DNA of 64,000 nt from an uncultured Candidatus Binatia bacterium (GTDB lineage: Bacteria > Desulfobacterota > Binatia > Bin18), in contig OZ241744.1 of the NCBI GenBank assembly GCA_965200965.1, positions 2,944,001 through 3,008,000 of the forward strand, given 5' to 3'. A program made the translations under genes and the position numbers. Below are positions 19,402 through 27,754 of the stretch, piece by piece. The first letter of the stretch is position 1. Every line of letters starts with the position of its first letter. The notes below the pieces were generated by a model, which worked only from the letters and a program-made list of their open reading frames with translations, had not been told where the DNA came from and made no database searches.

Positions 19402-20442
19402 GTGAGCCGACACATGGACAATTGGGCCATGCACGACAGGATTCCAGTGCGTACAGGCGGCGGCTGGCGGCTGCTCATCGGCTTGGTGGTCGGCCTGCTC
19501 GGCTGTGAGCGGCAGACCGCCGAGGTCCTGATTGGTCAACCCGCCCGCCCCTACCATATGGAGTTGAGACTTGAGCCGGCCGTGCCGCGCGCCGGACACG
19601 AAACGCAGCTGCGCTTTCGCCTGTTGGACACGGCCGGCGGGCAGGCGCTCGGCCCGCTCCAAATCCTGCACGAGCGGGCGCTGCATACGTTTATCGTCAG
19701 CCGTGATCTGCGCGTTTTTGCCCATACCCATCATGAAGACTTTTTCCCCCTGACCGCTCAAGACCTGGACGCGGCCAGCTTTCGTTTTCCGCATGTGTTT
19801 CCCTGGGCCGGGGAGTATATGATCGTGAGCGAGTTTACCTACAAGGACCGGAGTTGGGTGAAGCAGTTTCGGGTCCGGGTGGATGGAGCGCAGGCCGCTG
19901 AAGGGGAGGCGGCCGCCGAGCCGGAACTCAGTCGGGACAAAGCCTTCGGCCCATATCGGGTCAGCCTGCGGACCTCGCCCGACCCGCCGCTTGCCGGCCA
20001 CGAGGTTGAACTGGTGTGTGTCTTCAGCCGGGGCGGGACGCCGGTGAGCGATATGGGGCTGTATCTGGGGACCGAGGTGCATATGGCCAGTTGGCGGCTG
20101 GACGGCGAGCATTTTGGCCACCAGCATACCTATACGCCACAGATGGCGGCCCTGATGAACCGGATGAGAACGATGGCGGACGGCTCGGGCCGGGCCGGGG
20201 AGACGGCCGCCCGGATGAACCGGATGATGGTCGAGCTGATGAGCGGGCCGGCCACACAGGCATACTCGGGGCCCGAACTGCCGGTCCGCCATGTCTTTCC
20301 GACCGCGGGTTTGTACAAGCTCTTTTTTGAAACCGCTCCGGGCGGTGAACGCCTGGTGGCGGATTTCACCGTCCGGGTGGTGGACTACGAGGAGGGGCGC
20401 GATACCCGCATTGAGTCCATTGTGGCCGGAGCCGATTTGTGA
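19402..20442 (+). CDS. Putative exported His/Met-rich metal-binding lipoprotein
   Basis: Lipobox-like LLGC; LHERALHTFIVS..FAHTHH and HMA...HFGHQH; twice-repeated FP..G.Y motif; Met-rich linker. Start uncertain. Confidence 0.6.
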   Translation: MSRHMDNWAMHDRIPVRTGGGWRLLIGLVVGLLGCERQTAEVLIGQPARPYHMELRLEPAVPRAGHETQLRFRLLDTAGGQALGPLQILHERALHTFIVSRDLRVFAHTHHEDFFPLTAQDLDAASFRFPHVFPWAGEYMIVSEFTYKDRSWVKQFRVRVDGAQAAEGEAAAEPELSRDKAFGPYRVSLRTSPDPPLAGHEVELVCVFSRGGTPVSDMGLYLGTEVHMASWRLDGEHFGHQHTYTPQMAALMNRMRTMADGSGRAGETAARMNRMMVELMSGPATQAYSGPELPVRHVFPTAGLYKLFFETAPGGERLVADFTVRVVDYEEGRDTRIESIVAGADL

Positions 20443-20463
20443 CGCGCGGCTTGGCTGAAGGTA

Positions 20464-21168
20464 GTGAACGTGTCGCCTTCCTCCCGAGCTGATGACACGT
20501 TCACTCCTCCCCGACGGGCGAGACCGTGCCTGTGGTCGGGGCTGGCCGGCGGTGCGGCGGCGGCGTGTCTGATGGTGGCCGGGGCCTGGGCCGGCCACGG
20601 CTTTATGAGCAGCTTTGGCACTATCGAATGGCTGCCCGAGCCGGGCCGGACCCCCGACAGTGCGTGGTATGCCTTGGATAGCTGGGAAGAGGAGGGCCGC
20701 TTGTGGCGCGCCCAGGATGCCGCCCGGCAGACTCCGCTCTACCTGAGCTTTGCCCGGGAAAAGCTGGCCGAGCTTGAGGCCATGATCAAGGCCGAAAATG
20801 CGGCCGCGGCACACATAGCGGCCGACCGCTACCGGGACTATATGGCCCGCGCCGGGCGGCTGATTACTGCGCTTGACCCCGCTGCCTCAGACAAGGAAGA
20901 GTTGGCCGAGGCCGCGGCGACCGCTCTGCTGGAACACCAGTATATCCTGGCCTTTGTCTATGAAGAGCTGCCGGTCGGCTCTCGGGGCATTGTTCCGGTG
21001 CTGCTCAGAGCGGCGCAAAATTACTATGGAGACATCAGCCCACTGTTGTCGCCCAAGAAAAAAGGCGCGTTGTTCTTCAAGGAGGAAGAGGTCCGCTGGA
21101 ATGTCCAAATGGTACTCCGGGCGGACGAAGAGGCATCACCAGGCGCGCCTGGTGGGGCTGGGCGGTGA
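20464..21168 (+). CDS. DUF5667-like helical protein
   Basis: TM segment followed by PGRTPDSAWYALDSWEE...FAREKLAEL. Confidence 0.65.
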   Translation: MNVSPSSRADDTFTPPRRARPCLWSGLAGGAAAACLMVAGAWAGHGFMSSFGTIEWLPEPGRTPDSAWYALDSWEEEGRLWRAQDAARQTPLYLSFAREKLAELEAMIKAENAAAAHIAADRYRDYMARAGRLITALDPAASDKEELAEAAATALLEHQYILAFVYEELPVGSRGIVPVLLRAAQNYYGDISPLLSPKKKGALFFKEEEVRWNVQMVLRADEEASPGAPGGAGR

Positions 21169-21210
21169 TCGGCAGAATCATAATGCAACAGCGAAGAAGG
21201 AGGGAAGGCT

Positions 21211-21951
21211 ATGGAGACACGCGAATTTGTCAACACTCTCCGCTCGTATATTCAACACCAGGACCGGCAGCCGCTGCTGGGGCCCGGTTTTTACCAGGGG
21301 GTGATTGACGGGCAGTTGTCCCGCGAGCAGCTCAAGCGCTGGGCCTTGAATCTGTTCTATGTCACCGGTCAGCACATCCGGGCCTTTGGTGGTATTTTCA
21401 TGAATACCGGACTCGGGCCGATGGACCAGCGTATCCGGCGGCATATCGTCGAGAACCTGATCGACGAAGAGACGATCATGGGCCGTGGCGACGACGCCCA
21501 CTGGATGCTGTCCATGCGGCTGGCCAGAGCCTTGGGTGCCGGCGACGAAGAGCTTATGCGTCCGACCGTGGCCAAAGAAGCGGTTGAGTATGTGGACTGG
21601 GTGATTGAACTGGGCCGCCGCGAGTACGGCTTAGTGACCCTGGCCGCGATGTCGATCGGCGGAGAGACCCGCAGCGACAGCGCAATGAAGGGGCTGCTCA
21701 CGGCGCTGCGCGACAAGTACGGCCTGAGCAAACACGAGTTGGGGTTTTTCTACGCCCATGTCGGTGAGGCCGAAGCCCACGGCGAGCCGGTCTTTGAGAT
21801 GGTCGGCGAGTATGCCGACAGTGCCCAGAAGCAGCGCAAGATTCGGGACAGCGTGCAGACCTGGTGCGAGAAGTTCAGCGCCGCCCAAGAGGGGGGCTAC
21901 CGGGTTGCGATGGGGCTGGACTCGGGTATACAAGTTGATCTGCGCCACTGA
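21211..21951 (+). CDS. Heme-oxygenase-like diiron protein (TenA/PqqC/CADD family)
   Basis: ENLIDEE...H, E, FFYAH..AE.H metal-ligand pattern. Confidence 0.8.
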   Translation: METREFVNTLRSYIQHQDRQPLLGPGFYQGVIDGQLSREQLKRWALNLFYVTGQHIRAFGGIFMNTGLGPMDQRIRRHIVENLIDEETIMGRGDDAHWMLSMRLARALGAGDEELMRPTVAKEAVEYVDWVIELGRREYGLVTLAAMSIGGETRSDSAMKGLLTALRDKYGLSKHELGFFYAHVGEAEAHGEPVFEMVGEYADSAQKQRKIRDSVQTWCEKFSAAQEGGYRVAMGLDSGIQVDLRH

Positions 21952-21989
21952 TGGTCACAGGCGCAGCCCACGAACACACAGGAGGTCAT

Positions 21990-23681
21990 ATGTACGATCT
22001 GATTATTGACAACGCCCGGATCGTTGACGGGACGGGCAAGCCGGGTTTCCACGGCAGCGTGGCGGTCAAAGACGGCCTGATCGCCGCGGTCGGCAAGAGC
22101 GCGGGTGAGGCCGCCGACAGGAAAATCAACGCCGACGGCCTCGTGCTCTCGCCCGGTTTTATTGACCCCCATACCCACTACGATGCCCAGGTCGCCTGGG
22201 ACCCGCTGCTGACCTGCACATCCTGGCACGGCATTACCAGCGTGGTGATGGGCAACTGCGGGGTGGGCGTGGCCCCGGTCCGGCCCAGGTCGCGCGATAT
22301 CGTCATGTGGGACCTGGTCAATGTCGAGGCCATCCCCTATGAGGTCATGGAAAAAGGCATTGACTGGCAGTGGGAATCCCACGCCGAGTACCTGGACGCG
22401 CTCCAGCAACGCGGCCTGGGCATCAACATTGCCTCGCTGGCGGCCCTGACCCCGATCCGGCACTACGCGATTGGCGAAGCGTCGTTTGAGCGGGCTGCCA
22501 CCGCCGACGAAATCGCCGCTATGCAGCGCTTGTTCCGGGACGCCATGAAGGCCGGTGCGTTCGGTCTGACGACCACGATTCTGAACAACCACATCGGTTT
22601 TGAGGGCCGGCCGCTGGCCTGCCGGAACGCCAGCCGGGACGAGTTGAGCGCGCTGTGTCAGGTGATGAAGGAAGCGGGCCGGGGCACAATTGAAATTGCC
22701 CTGACCGGGACCAATGTCGGCCAGGTGTCCGACGACGAGTATGAGTTGCTGAAGTTCCTGGTTGATGAGAGCCAACGGCCGGTAACCTTCCTGGCCCTGT
22801 TCAACAAGCCGGGCAAGCCCGAGTCCTACCTGAACGCGGTGGACAAGGTCAAACCCATCCTGGCCTGGGACAAGGCCGTACCGCAGGTGACCTGCCGTCC
22901 GCTGCGGGTCCAGTTCAACATGAAGAACCCCTTTCTGTTCGCCATCTTCTCGTCCTGGCACCAGGTGTTCAACAAGAGCGTAGACGAGCAGATGAAGCTC
23001 TACGCCGACCCCGGCTTCCGCAACGCCTTCCGGGATGAAATGAATCGCCGGCGCATTTTTGCCGGACAGTGGGGCCGGATGACGGTCATTGACGCCAAGA
23101 GCGAGGCCGTGCAGGCCCACGTCGCCAGCAAAAAAACCGTGGCCCAGATCGCCCGCGACCAGGGTAAAGACCCGGTTGATGCCTTCCTCGACATGGCGGT
23201 TGCCGACGAACTCGAACTCCTGTTTGACCTCCAGGCCTTCAATTTTGAGCCAGAGGGGGTCAAGAACCTGGTCAGTGACGACCGGTTCATGATCGGCCTG
23301 TCCGACGGCGGGGCGCACGTTGATATGCTGTGCGACGCCGGCTATGCGACCTACCTGCTCGGCACCTGGGTGCGTGAGCATCAGGTGTTGAGCCTCGAAG
23401 AGGGGGTGCGCAAGCTGACCTCAGTCCCGGCCGACCTGTTCGGCATCCCCAAACGGGGCCGGATCGCCCCGGGTATGGCGGCCGACCTGACCATCTTTGA
23501 TCTGGAGACGGTAGACGCCGTTGATCCCGAGTATGTGTGGGACCTGCCGGGTGGCGGCAAACGTTTTGTCGCCAGGTCCAAAGGCATCAGGAACACCATT
23601 GTCGGCGGCCACATTCTGTACCAGGACAACGAGTACCAGGGCGGAATGCCGGGCCGGGTGCTGCGCAGCTACGAGCGCTGA
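21990..23681 (+). CDS. N-acyl-D-amino acid deacylase-like amidohydrolase
   Basis: PGFIDPHTHYD, MGNCG, SDGGAH; ATG after GGAGG. Confidence 0.9.
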   Translation: MYDLIIDNARIVDGTGKPGFHGSVAVKDGLIAAVGKSAGEAADRKINADGLVLSPGFIDPHTHYDAQVAWDPLLTCTSWHGITSVVMGNCGVGVAPVRPRSRDIVMWDLVNVEAIPYEVMEKGIDWQWESHAEYLDALQQRGLGINIASLAALTPIRHYAIGEASFERAATADEIAAMQRLFRDAMKAGAFGLTTTILNNHIGFEGRPLACRNASRDELSALCQVMKEAGRGTIEIALTGTNVGQVSDDEYELLKFLVDESQRPVTFLALFNKPGKPESYLNAVDKVKPILAWDKAVPQVTCRPLRVQFNMKNPFLFAIFSSWHQVFNKSVDEQMKLYADPGFRNAFRDEMNRRRIFAGQWGRMTVIDAKSEAVQAHVASKKTVAQIARDQGKDPVDAFLDMAVADELELLFDLQAFNFEPEGVKNLVSDDRFMIGLSDGGAHVDMLCDAGYATYLLGTWVREHQVLSLEEGVRKLTSVPADLFGIPKRGRIAPGMAADLTIFDLETVDAVDPEYVWDLPGGGKRFVARSKGIRNTIVGGHILYQDNEYQGGMPGRVLRSYER

Positions 23682-23718
23682 TCGTCCGGCCAAGCCGCAC
23701 TAGCAAAGGAGAACACCA

Positions 23719-24492
23719 ATGGCTCTCCGTCTGCGCCAAGTCTGCCTGGTGGCCCAAAAGCTGGCCCCGGTCGTTGATGACCTGAAGACCATCTTTGGTC
23801 TTGAAGTGTGTTTTGTCGATCCGGCCGTCAAGGGCTTTGGCCTGGAAAACTCACTGTTTCCGGTTGGCAACAACTTCCTGGAGGTCGTCGCCCCGATTCA
23901 GGACGATACCGCGGCCGGCCGCTATCTCAACCGCCGCAAGGGCGACGGCGGCTATATGGTCATCTGCCAGTGCGACCGCCATGAGACGCAGCTGGCCCGC
24001 AAAGCCCGTGCCGCCGAGCTTGGCGTCCGCATCGCCTTTGAACACGAGGAGCAGGGCTTCCACGTCATGCAGCTCCACCCGGCCGACACCGGCGGAGCGT
24101 TTTTTGAAATTGACTGGGACGCCAAGATGGAGCCCGAGGGCCACTGGGTACCGGCCGGTGGCGACGGCTGGCCGGCCCAGCGGCGGACCGGGATCATCAG
24201 CGGCTATGCCGCGGTCGAACTCCAGTCGCCCGACCCCCGGTCTCTGGCCGAACGCTGGAGCAGTATCGCCGAGATTCCCCTGCGCCAGGACGCCGAGGGC
24301 CGGACCGAGATGCCGCTCAACAATGTTGGCGTCCGCTTTGTTGAGCTGGGCGATGACCGGGGCGAGGGTCTGGCCGGGCTTGACATCACCGTCGCCGACC
24401 GTGACCGGCTGCTGCGCAGCGCCGAGCAGCGCGGCTGCCGGGTGTCCGATAATCAGGTCGTGGTGTGCGGGCTGCGTTTCACCCTGCTCTAG
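23719..24492 (+). CDS. VOC/glyoxalase-like protein
   Basis: LRQVCLVA, FLEVVAP, GDGGYMVI, QLHP.DTGG.FFEID. Confidence 0.8.
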   Translation: MALRLRQVCLVAQKLAPVVDDLKTIFGLEVCFVDPAVKGFGLENSLFPVGNNFLEVVAPIQDDTAAGRYLNRRKGDGGYMVICQCDRHETQLARKARAAELGVRIAFEHEEQGFHVMQLHPADTGGAFFEIDWDAKMEPEGHWVPAGGDGWPAQRRTGIISGYAAVELQSPDPRSLAERWSSIAEIPLRQDAEGRTEMPLNNVGVRFVELGDDRGEGLAGLDITVADRDRLLRSAEQRGCRVSDNQVVVCGLRFTLL

Positions 24493-24700
24493 CCGGCCGC
24501 CACCAGTGAGGAGGGGCTTGGCGCGTGGCTGACGGCCACGGCGCTCGGCGCTTCGTGTACCTTCGGCAGCCTGCAACCCCAAGACGCCCGCTATCGGGTT
24601 GCGCTGATTGACGAGTTCCATACCGGCGATGGGGCCTTTGCCAGCGCCCGGGAGAGAAAGACCGCCGGCCGTCTGTCCCGCCGTCCGGTGACTGCCTGTA

Positions 24701-24765
24701 GTCAAAAAACACGGCAATTAATTTTTCGCGTTTGCATAAGATGAGCGGATTCAATAAAAACAGGC
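24701..24765 (-). repeat. AT-rich dispersed repeat, inverted relative to 32634-32719
   Basis: Reverse complement contains CCTGTTTTTATTGAATCCG (19/19 match), then CTTATGCAAA and a TTTT.TGAC tail, all shared with the 32.6 kb copy. Confidence 0.7.
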
Positions 24766-24918
24766 ATTACAGCGCAAATTTGGTCAGAAAACTTGGAAAT
24801 TTTATTCCCCATCCCCAGCCGCCGCGAGCGTACCGAACAGTCATACGCCTGTTTGAAAAAGAGCCAACCTAAAACCGAAAAGACGCCAAGCTCCTGCTAC
24901 GCCGAGCAGACGCCATTC

Positions 24919-26073
24919 TTAGCTTGAAAGAAATCTCCAGTCAGACGGGAAATCACGGCTTCGGGCAATGGAGAGTAGCGGCCCAATTGCCCCTGACAAC
25001 GCTTCGCGCAAGGCCGCCTTGTCTGGAACCCGGTCAATCACATCCAGATTCAATTCCGTGGAGTACGAGTCGAACAGGTCTTCCCATTTCTTCCTGTCGG
25101 GAAAAGTGTGGAACGAGGTAATGGCCAGGAATTGCAAGTCGGTGAATGCGTCGAAATAGGCCGCATTGTCAGGCAGCTTGTCGGACTTTTCGGCGTTGCC
25201 GAATACGCTGACCGGGGCCAGATTCCACAGGTTGTCATGGACGACAAAGGACCACGGCACATAATGGTCAAGGGCGAAGTTGTCCGGGGCAACGCTCTGC
25301 CGCGTATACATGCAGGGGAATTGTACTCCCCGCGCCTCTATCACCCGCCGCCAGAAATTGCGCTGGCGTCTGGTGTTGGGCTTGGCGTTCTCATCGAGTT
25401 TGGTGACAACCGCCGGGGTCACGGGATTCATCCTCTGCATGTAACGCGCCCAATGCCACAAGGTCCATGATTTGAGAATGTGTTCGTTGCGGACGATGTA
25501 TTCCACCCATTTCGGATGAACGATGACATCGCCGGTAGGCGAAAAACGATAGGGCGGCGGTGCGCTCTGCTCGAAGCCCGCTTGTGCCAGATCACGGATG
25601 CGCTGAAACTTCGGCGGTCCGGTCATGCCGCGAGTTTCGGCCTCAAAGAACGGGCTGAGGAAGAGAGAAGGCACATACTTTGTCAGCCCCTCAACGATAG
25701 TGCCGGGAATATCTTGAGGCCGGGCGGCAAATACCTTCCCGCGTAGACGGGTGAGAAGTTTACGCCCCCATTGGGGCGAATCTTCCAGTTGCCGGAACCA
25801 CAGCCCTGTCTGGTCATCCTTGCCGGAACGGAGGCGAAAGACGCATATCGGCCTGCGCGCCGCGTCCAGCATTCCAGCCGCTAAACGCCGCAGGGAGATT
25901 TTCGCAGAACGCACTCCCTCTTCCGCCAGGATGGAAAACAGAGCCGATGCCCAGAGAAACTTATAGGAGGTATTGGTGGACCGGAACGCCGTTGCGAACT
26001 TGGCGATATCCAATCCATCACAGGGAGGCGGGACAGTCCGGCTTCCGCCACGGGGATCAATGTCGCTGGGCAT
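24919..26073 (-). CDS. HNH endonuclease domain protein
   Basis: N-terminal TNTSYKFLW; C-terminal CMYT...LDHYVPWSFVVHDNLWNL.....N..KSD HNH motif. Confidence 0.85.
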   Translation of the reverse strand: MPSDIDPRGGSRTVPPPCDGLDIAKFATAFRSTNTSYKFLWASALFSILAEEGVRSAKISLRRLAAGMLDAARRPICVFRLRSGKDDQTGLWFRQLEDSPQWGRKLLTRLRGKVFAARPQDIPGTIVEGLTKYVPSLFLSPFFEAETRGMTGPPKFQRIRDLAQAGFEQSAPPPYRFSPTGDVIVHPKWVEYIVRNEHILKSWTLWHWARYMQRMNPVTPAVVTKLDENAKPNTRRQRNFWRRVIEARGVQFPCMYTRQSVAPDNFALDHYVPWSFVVHDNLWNLAPVSVFGNAEKSDKLPDNAAYFDAFTDLQFLAITSFHTFPDRKKWEDLFDSYSTELNLDVIDRVPDKAALREALSGAIGPLLSIARSRDFPSDWRFLSS

Positions 26074-26279
26074 GGGAAACCGGACATGAATGCGGGGCGG
26101 ACGCGCGTCCGCCCCGCCGGTGACAGATGGTGTCAGGCCCGGGCCAGGGGGCCGCGCAGGAGTTGGCCGGGCAACGCCCCGGTGTGTTCGTTGTTGGGCA
26201 GTACGACTTGGCCGCTAACCACGGTGGCAGGAAACCGGCCGCTTTCTGCTTGAGCCGGCGGGCACCGGCCGGCAGGTCG
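26061..26279. repeat. 219-bp direct repeat (degenerate copy of amidohydrolase 3' end plus palindrome)
   Basis: Matches 27535-27754 with 3 substitutions and a 1-bp deletion. Confidence 0.95.
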
Positions 26280-26540
26280 CGCGTCTTCCGCAGTTTCGGG
26301 ACCGCCCTGATCCCTCTCTCTCAGGTCCGTTACCTCCCCCACTACGAGTCCTCCCGGTCCTCAATAGCCCAGAGTTCTCACGGAGGCAAGAGATCAGGCC
26401 AAAAGAGGGGAGAGGAAAAAGGGCGGGGGGCGGACGCTCCCGCTCCGCCGGGGACACGCAAAATGCAGAACGTCTCAGAAATCCAGCGGATTTCGGTCAA
26501 ATTGACAATGGCGAGCGAAGGGCGTTGATTTTTCTTCTCT

Positions 26541-26606
26541 CTAAGGATTTACTTTTCTCTAAGAAGGGTGTTACTAAGGATTTACTTTTCTCTAAGAAGG
26601 GTGTTA
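26541..26606. repeat. 33-bp perfect tandem duplication upstream of the Fic module
   Basis: CTAAGGATTTACTTTTCTCTAAGAAGGGTGTTA x2. Confidence 0.95.
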
Positions 26607-26651
26607 CTCTCGCAGCGTACTACCAATCAAGGTAGGAAGGAGGAGGGACCA

Positions 26652-26864
26652 ATGGCTCACCGCAAAATCGCTGCACACAAGAGTCCAGAACGCCCCGAGT
26701 TGCAGAGGCTCCTGGACAAAGCGAAGGAGTCGGAGATAACTGAGGAACAGCTACAGCAGCAGCGTATCAGTTTCATCTATGGCAATGCGCCAGAGGGATC
26801 AGGAATCACCAAAGAGATTGCTGAGCGCGCAGCTTCTCGGATACGAGTTACTGACGAGTCGTAA
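26652..26864 (+). CDS. 70-aa protein, putative Fic partner/antitoxin
   Basis: ATG after GGAGGAGG; immediately upstream of the Fic gene; QQRISFIYGN segment. Confidence 0.65.
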   Translation: MAHRKIAAHKSPERPELQRLLDKAKESEITEEQLQQQRISFIYGNAPEGSGITKEIAERAASRIRVTDES

Positions 26865-26897
26865 GGGCGGCATCAACCTTTCCTCACTTGGGAAACT

Positions 26898-27470
26898 GTG
26901 CTTATTCTTGAGAAGGACGACCCAGCCCTGTTTCGTCGAGTCCAGGCGCAAAACCTGAATCGACAATATGGGCTTCTTATGAACTGCATCGAAGTTGGTA
27001 TTGAGAAAGGACCAGTTTCCTTTGATAAATATCTGCTTTGGGCGCTCAATCATGTGGCAGTAGCAAATCTCTGTCAATTGGGTGGCCGATTTCGTAAGGA
27101 GCCCGTTTCTATCGGCAATCACCAGCCTCCCCATTTCTTGGAGGTTGATGATTTGATGGACCGCTTCATTACTACTGTCCAGGAAAACTGGTTTGATCTA
27201 ACTCCAACAGCACTTGCCGCTTATGGCCTTTGGCGGTTGAATTGGATACACCCATTTGTGGATGGTAACGGAAGAACAGCCCGTGCAGCCTGCTATTTTC
27301 TAGTATGCGTCCGTGCCAAGTCGTTTTTACCAGGAACAAAAATCCTTCCCGATCGAATACGAGAGTCCAGGGAAAATTACATAGCTGCACTAAGGGCAGC
27401 TGATGAAGCCTGGGAGAGAGAGGAGTCTTGGACTTTTCCCAAATGGAAGAGTACATTGCTCAATTGCTAG
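26898..27470 (+). CDS. Fic/DOC family protein (probable frameshift near C-terminus)
   Basis: Canonical HPFVDGNGRTAR motif; an alternative frame after the (GA)n run gives GVLDFSQMEEYIAQLLGEQLSHP ending at 27493. Confidence 0.88.
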   Translation: MLILEKDDPALFRRVQAQNLNRQYGLLMNCIEVGIEKGPVSFDKYLLWALNHVAVANLCQLGGRFRKEPVSIGNHQPPHFLEVDDLMDRFITTVQENWFDLTPTALAAYGLWRLNWIHPFVDGNGRTARAACYFLVCVRAKSFLPGTKILPDRIRESRENYIAALRAADEAWEREESWTFPKWKSTLLNC

Positions 27471-27534
27471 GTGAACAATTATCACACCCCTGAAACAGGA
27501 AAAGCGATAGAGCAGCAAACCGTTCTCTGGGCAG

Positions 27535-27754
27535 TGTCGCTGGGCATGGGAAACCGGACATGAATGCGGGGCGGACGCGCGTCCGCCCCGCCGGTGACAG
27601 ATGGTGTCAGGCCCGGGCCAGGGGGCCGCGCAGGAGTTGGCCGGGCAACGCCCCGGTGTGTTCGTTGTTGCGCAGTACGACTTGGCCGTTGACCACGGTG
27701 GCCAGGAAACCGGCCGCTTTCTGCTTGAGCCGGCGGGCACCGGCCGGCAGGTCG
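27535..27754. repeat. 220-bp direct repeat (intact copy in amidohydrolase 3' end)
   Basis: See 26061-26279. Confidence 0.95.
27566..27591. terminator. 26-bp perfect GC palindrome downstream of the amidohydrolase (also at 26092-26117)
   Basis: GCGGGGCGGACGC|GCGTCCGCCCCGC; no long U-tract, so terminator versus REP-like element is unresolved. Confidence 0.45.

Noticed and set aside
19357-20814. Long minus-strand ORFs (also 21897-23381, 46978-48657, 61539-63200)
   Set aside because: Antisense to motif-supported genes; expected in GC-rich DNA.
24493-24700. Open frame downstream of the VOC gene
   Set aside because: No start codon with RBS and no recognisable motif; cannot call a gene or pseudogene.
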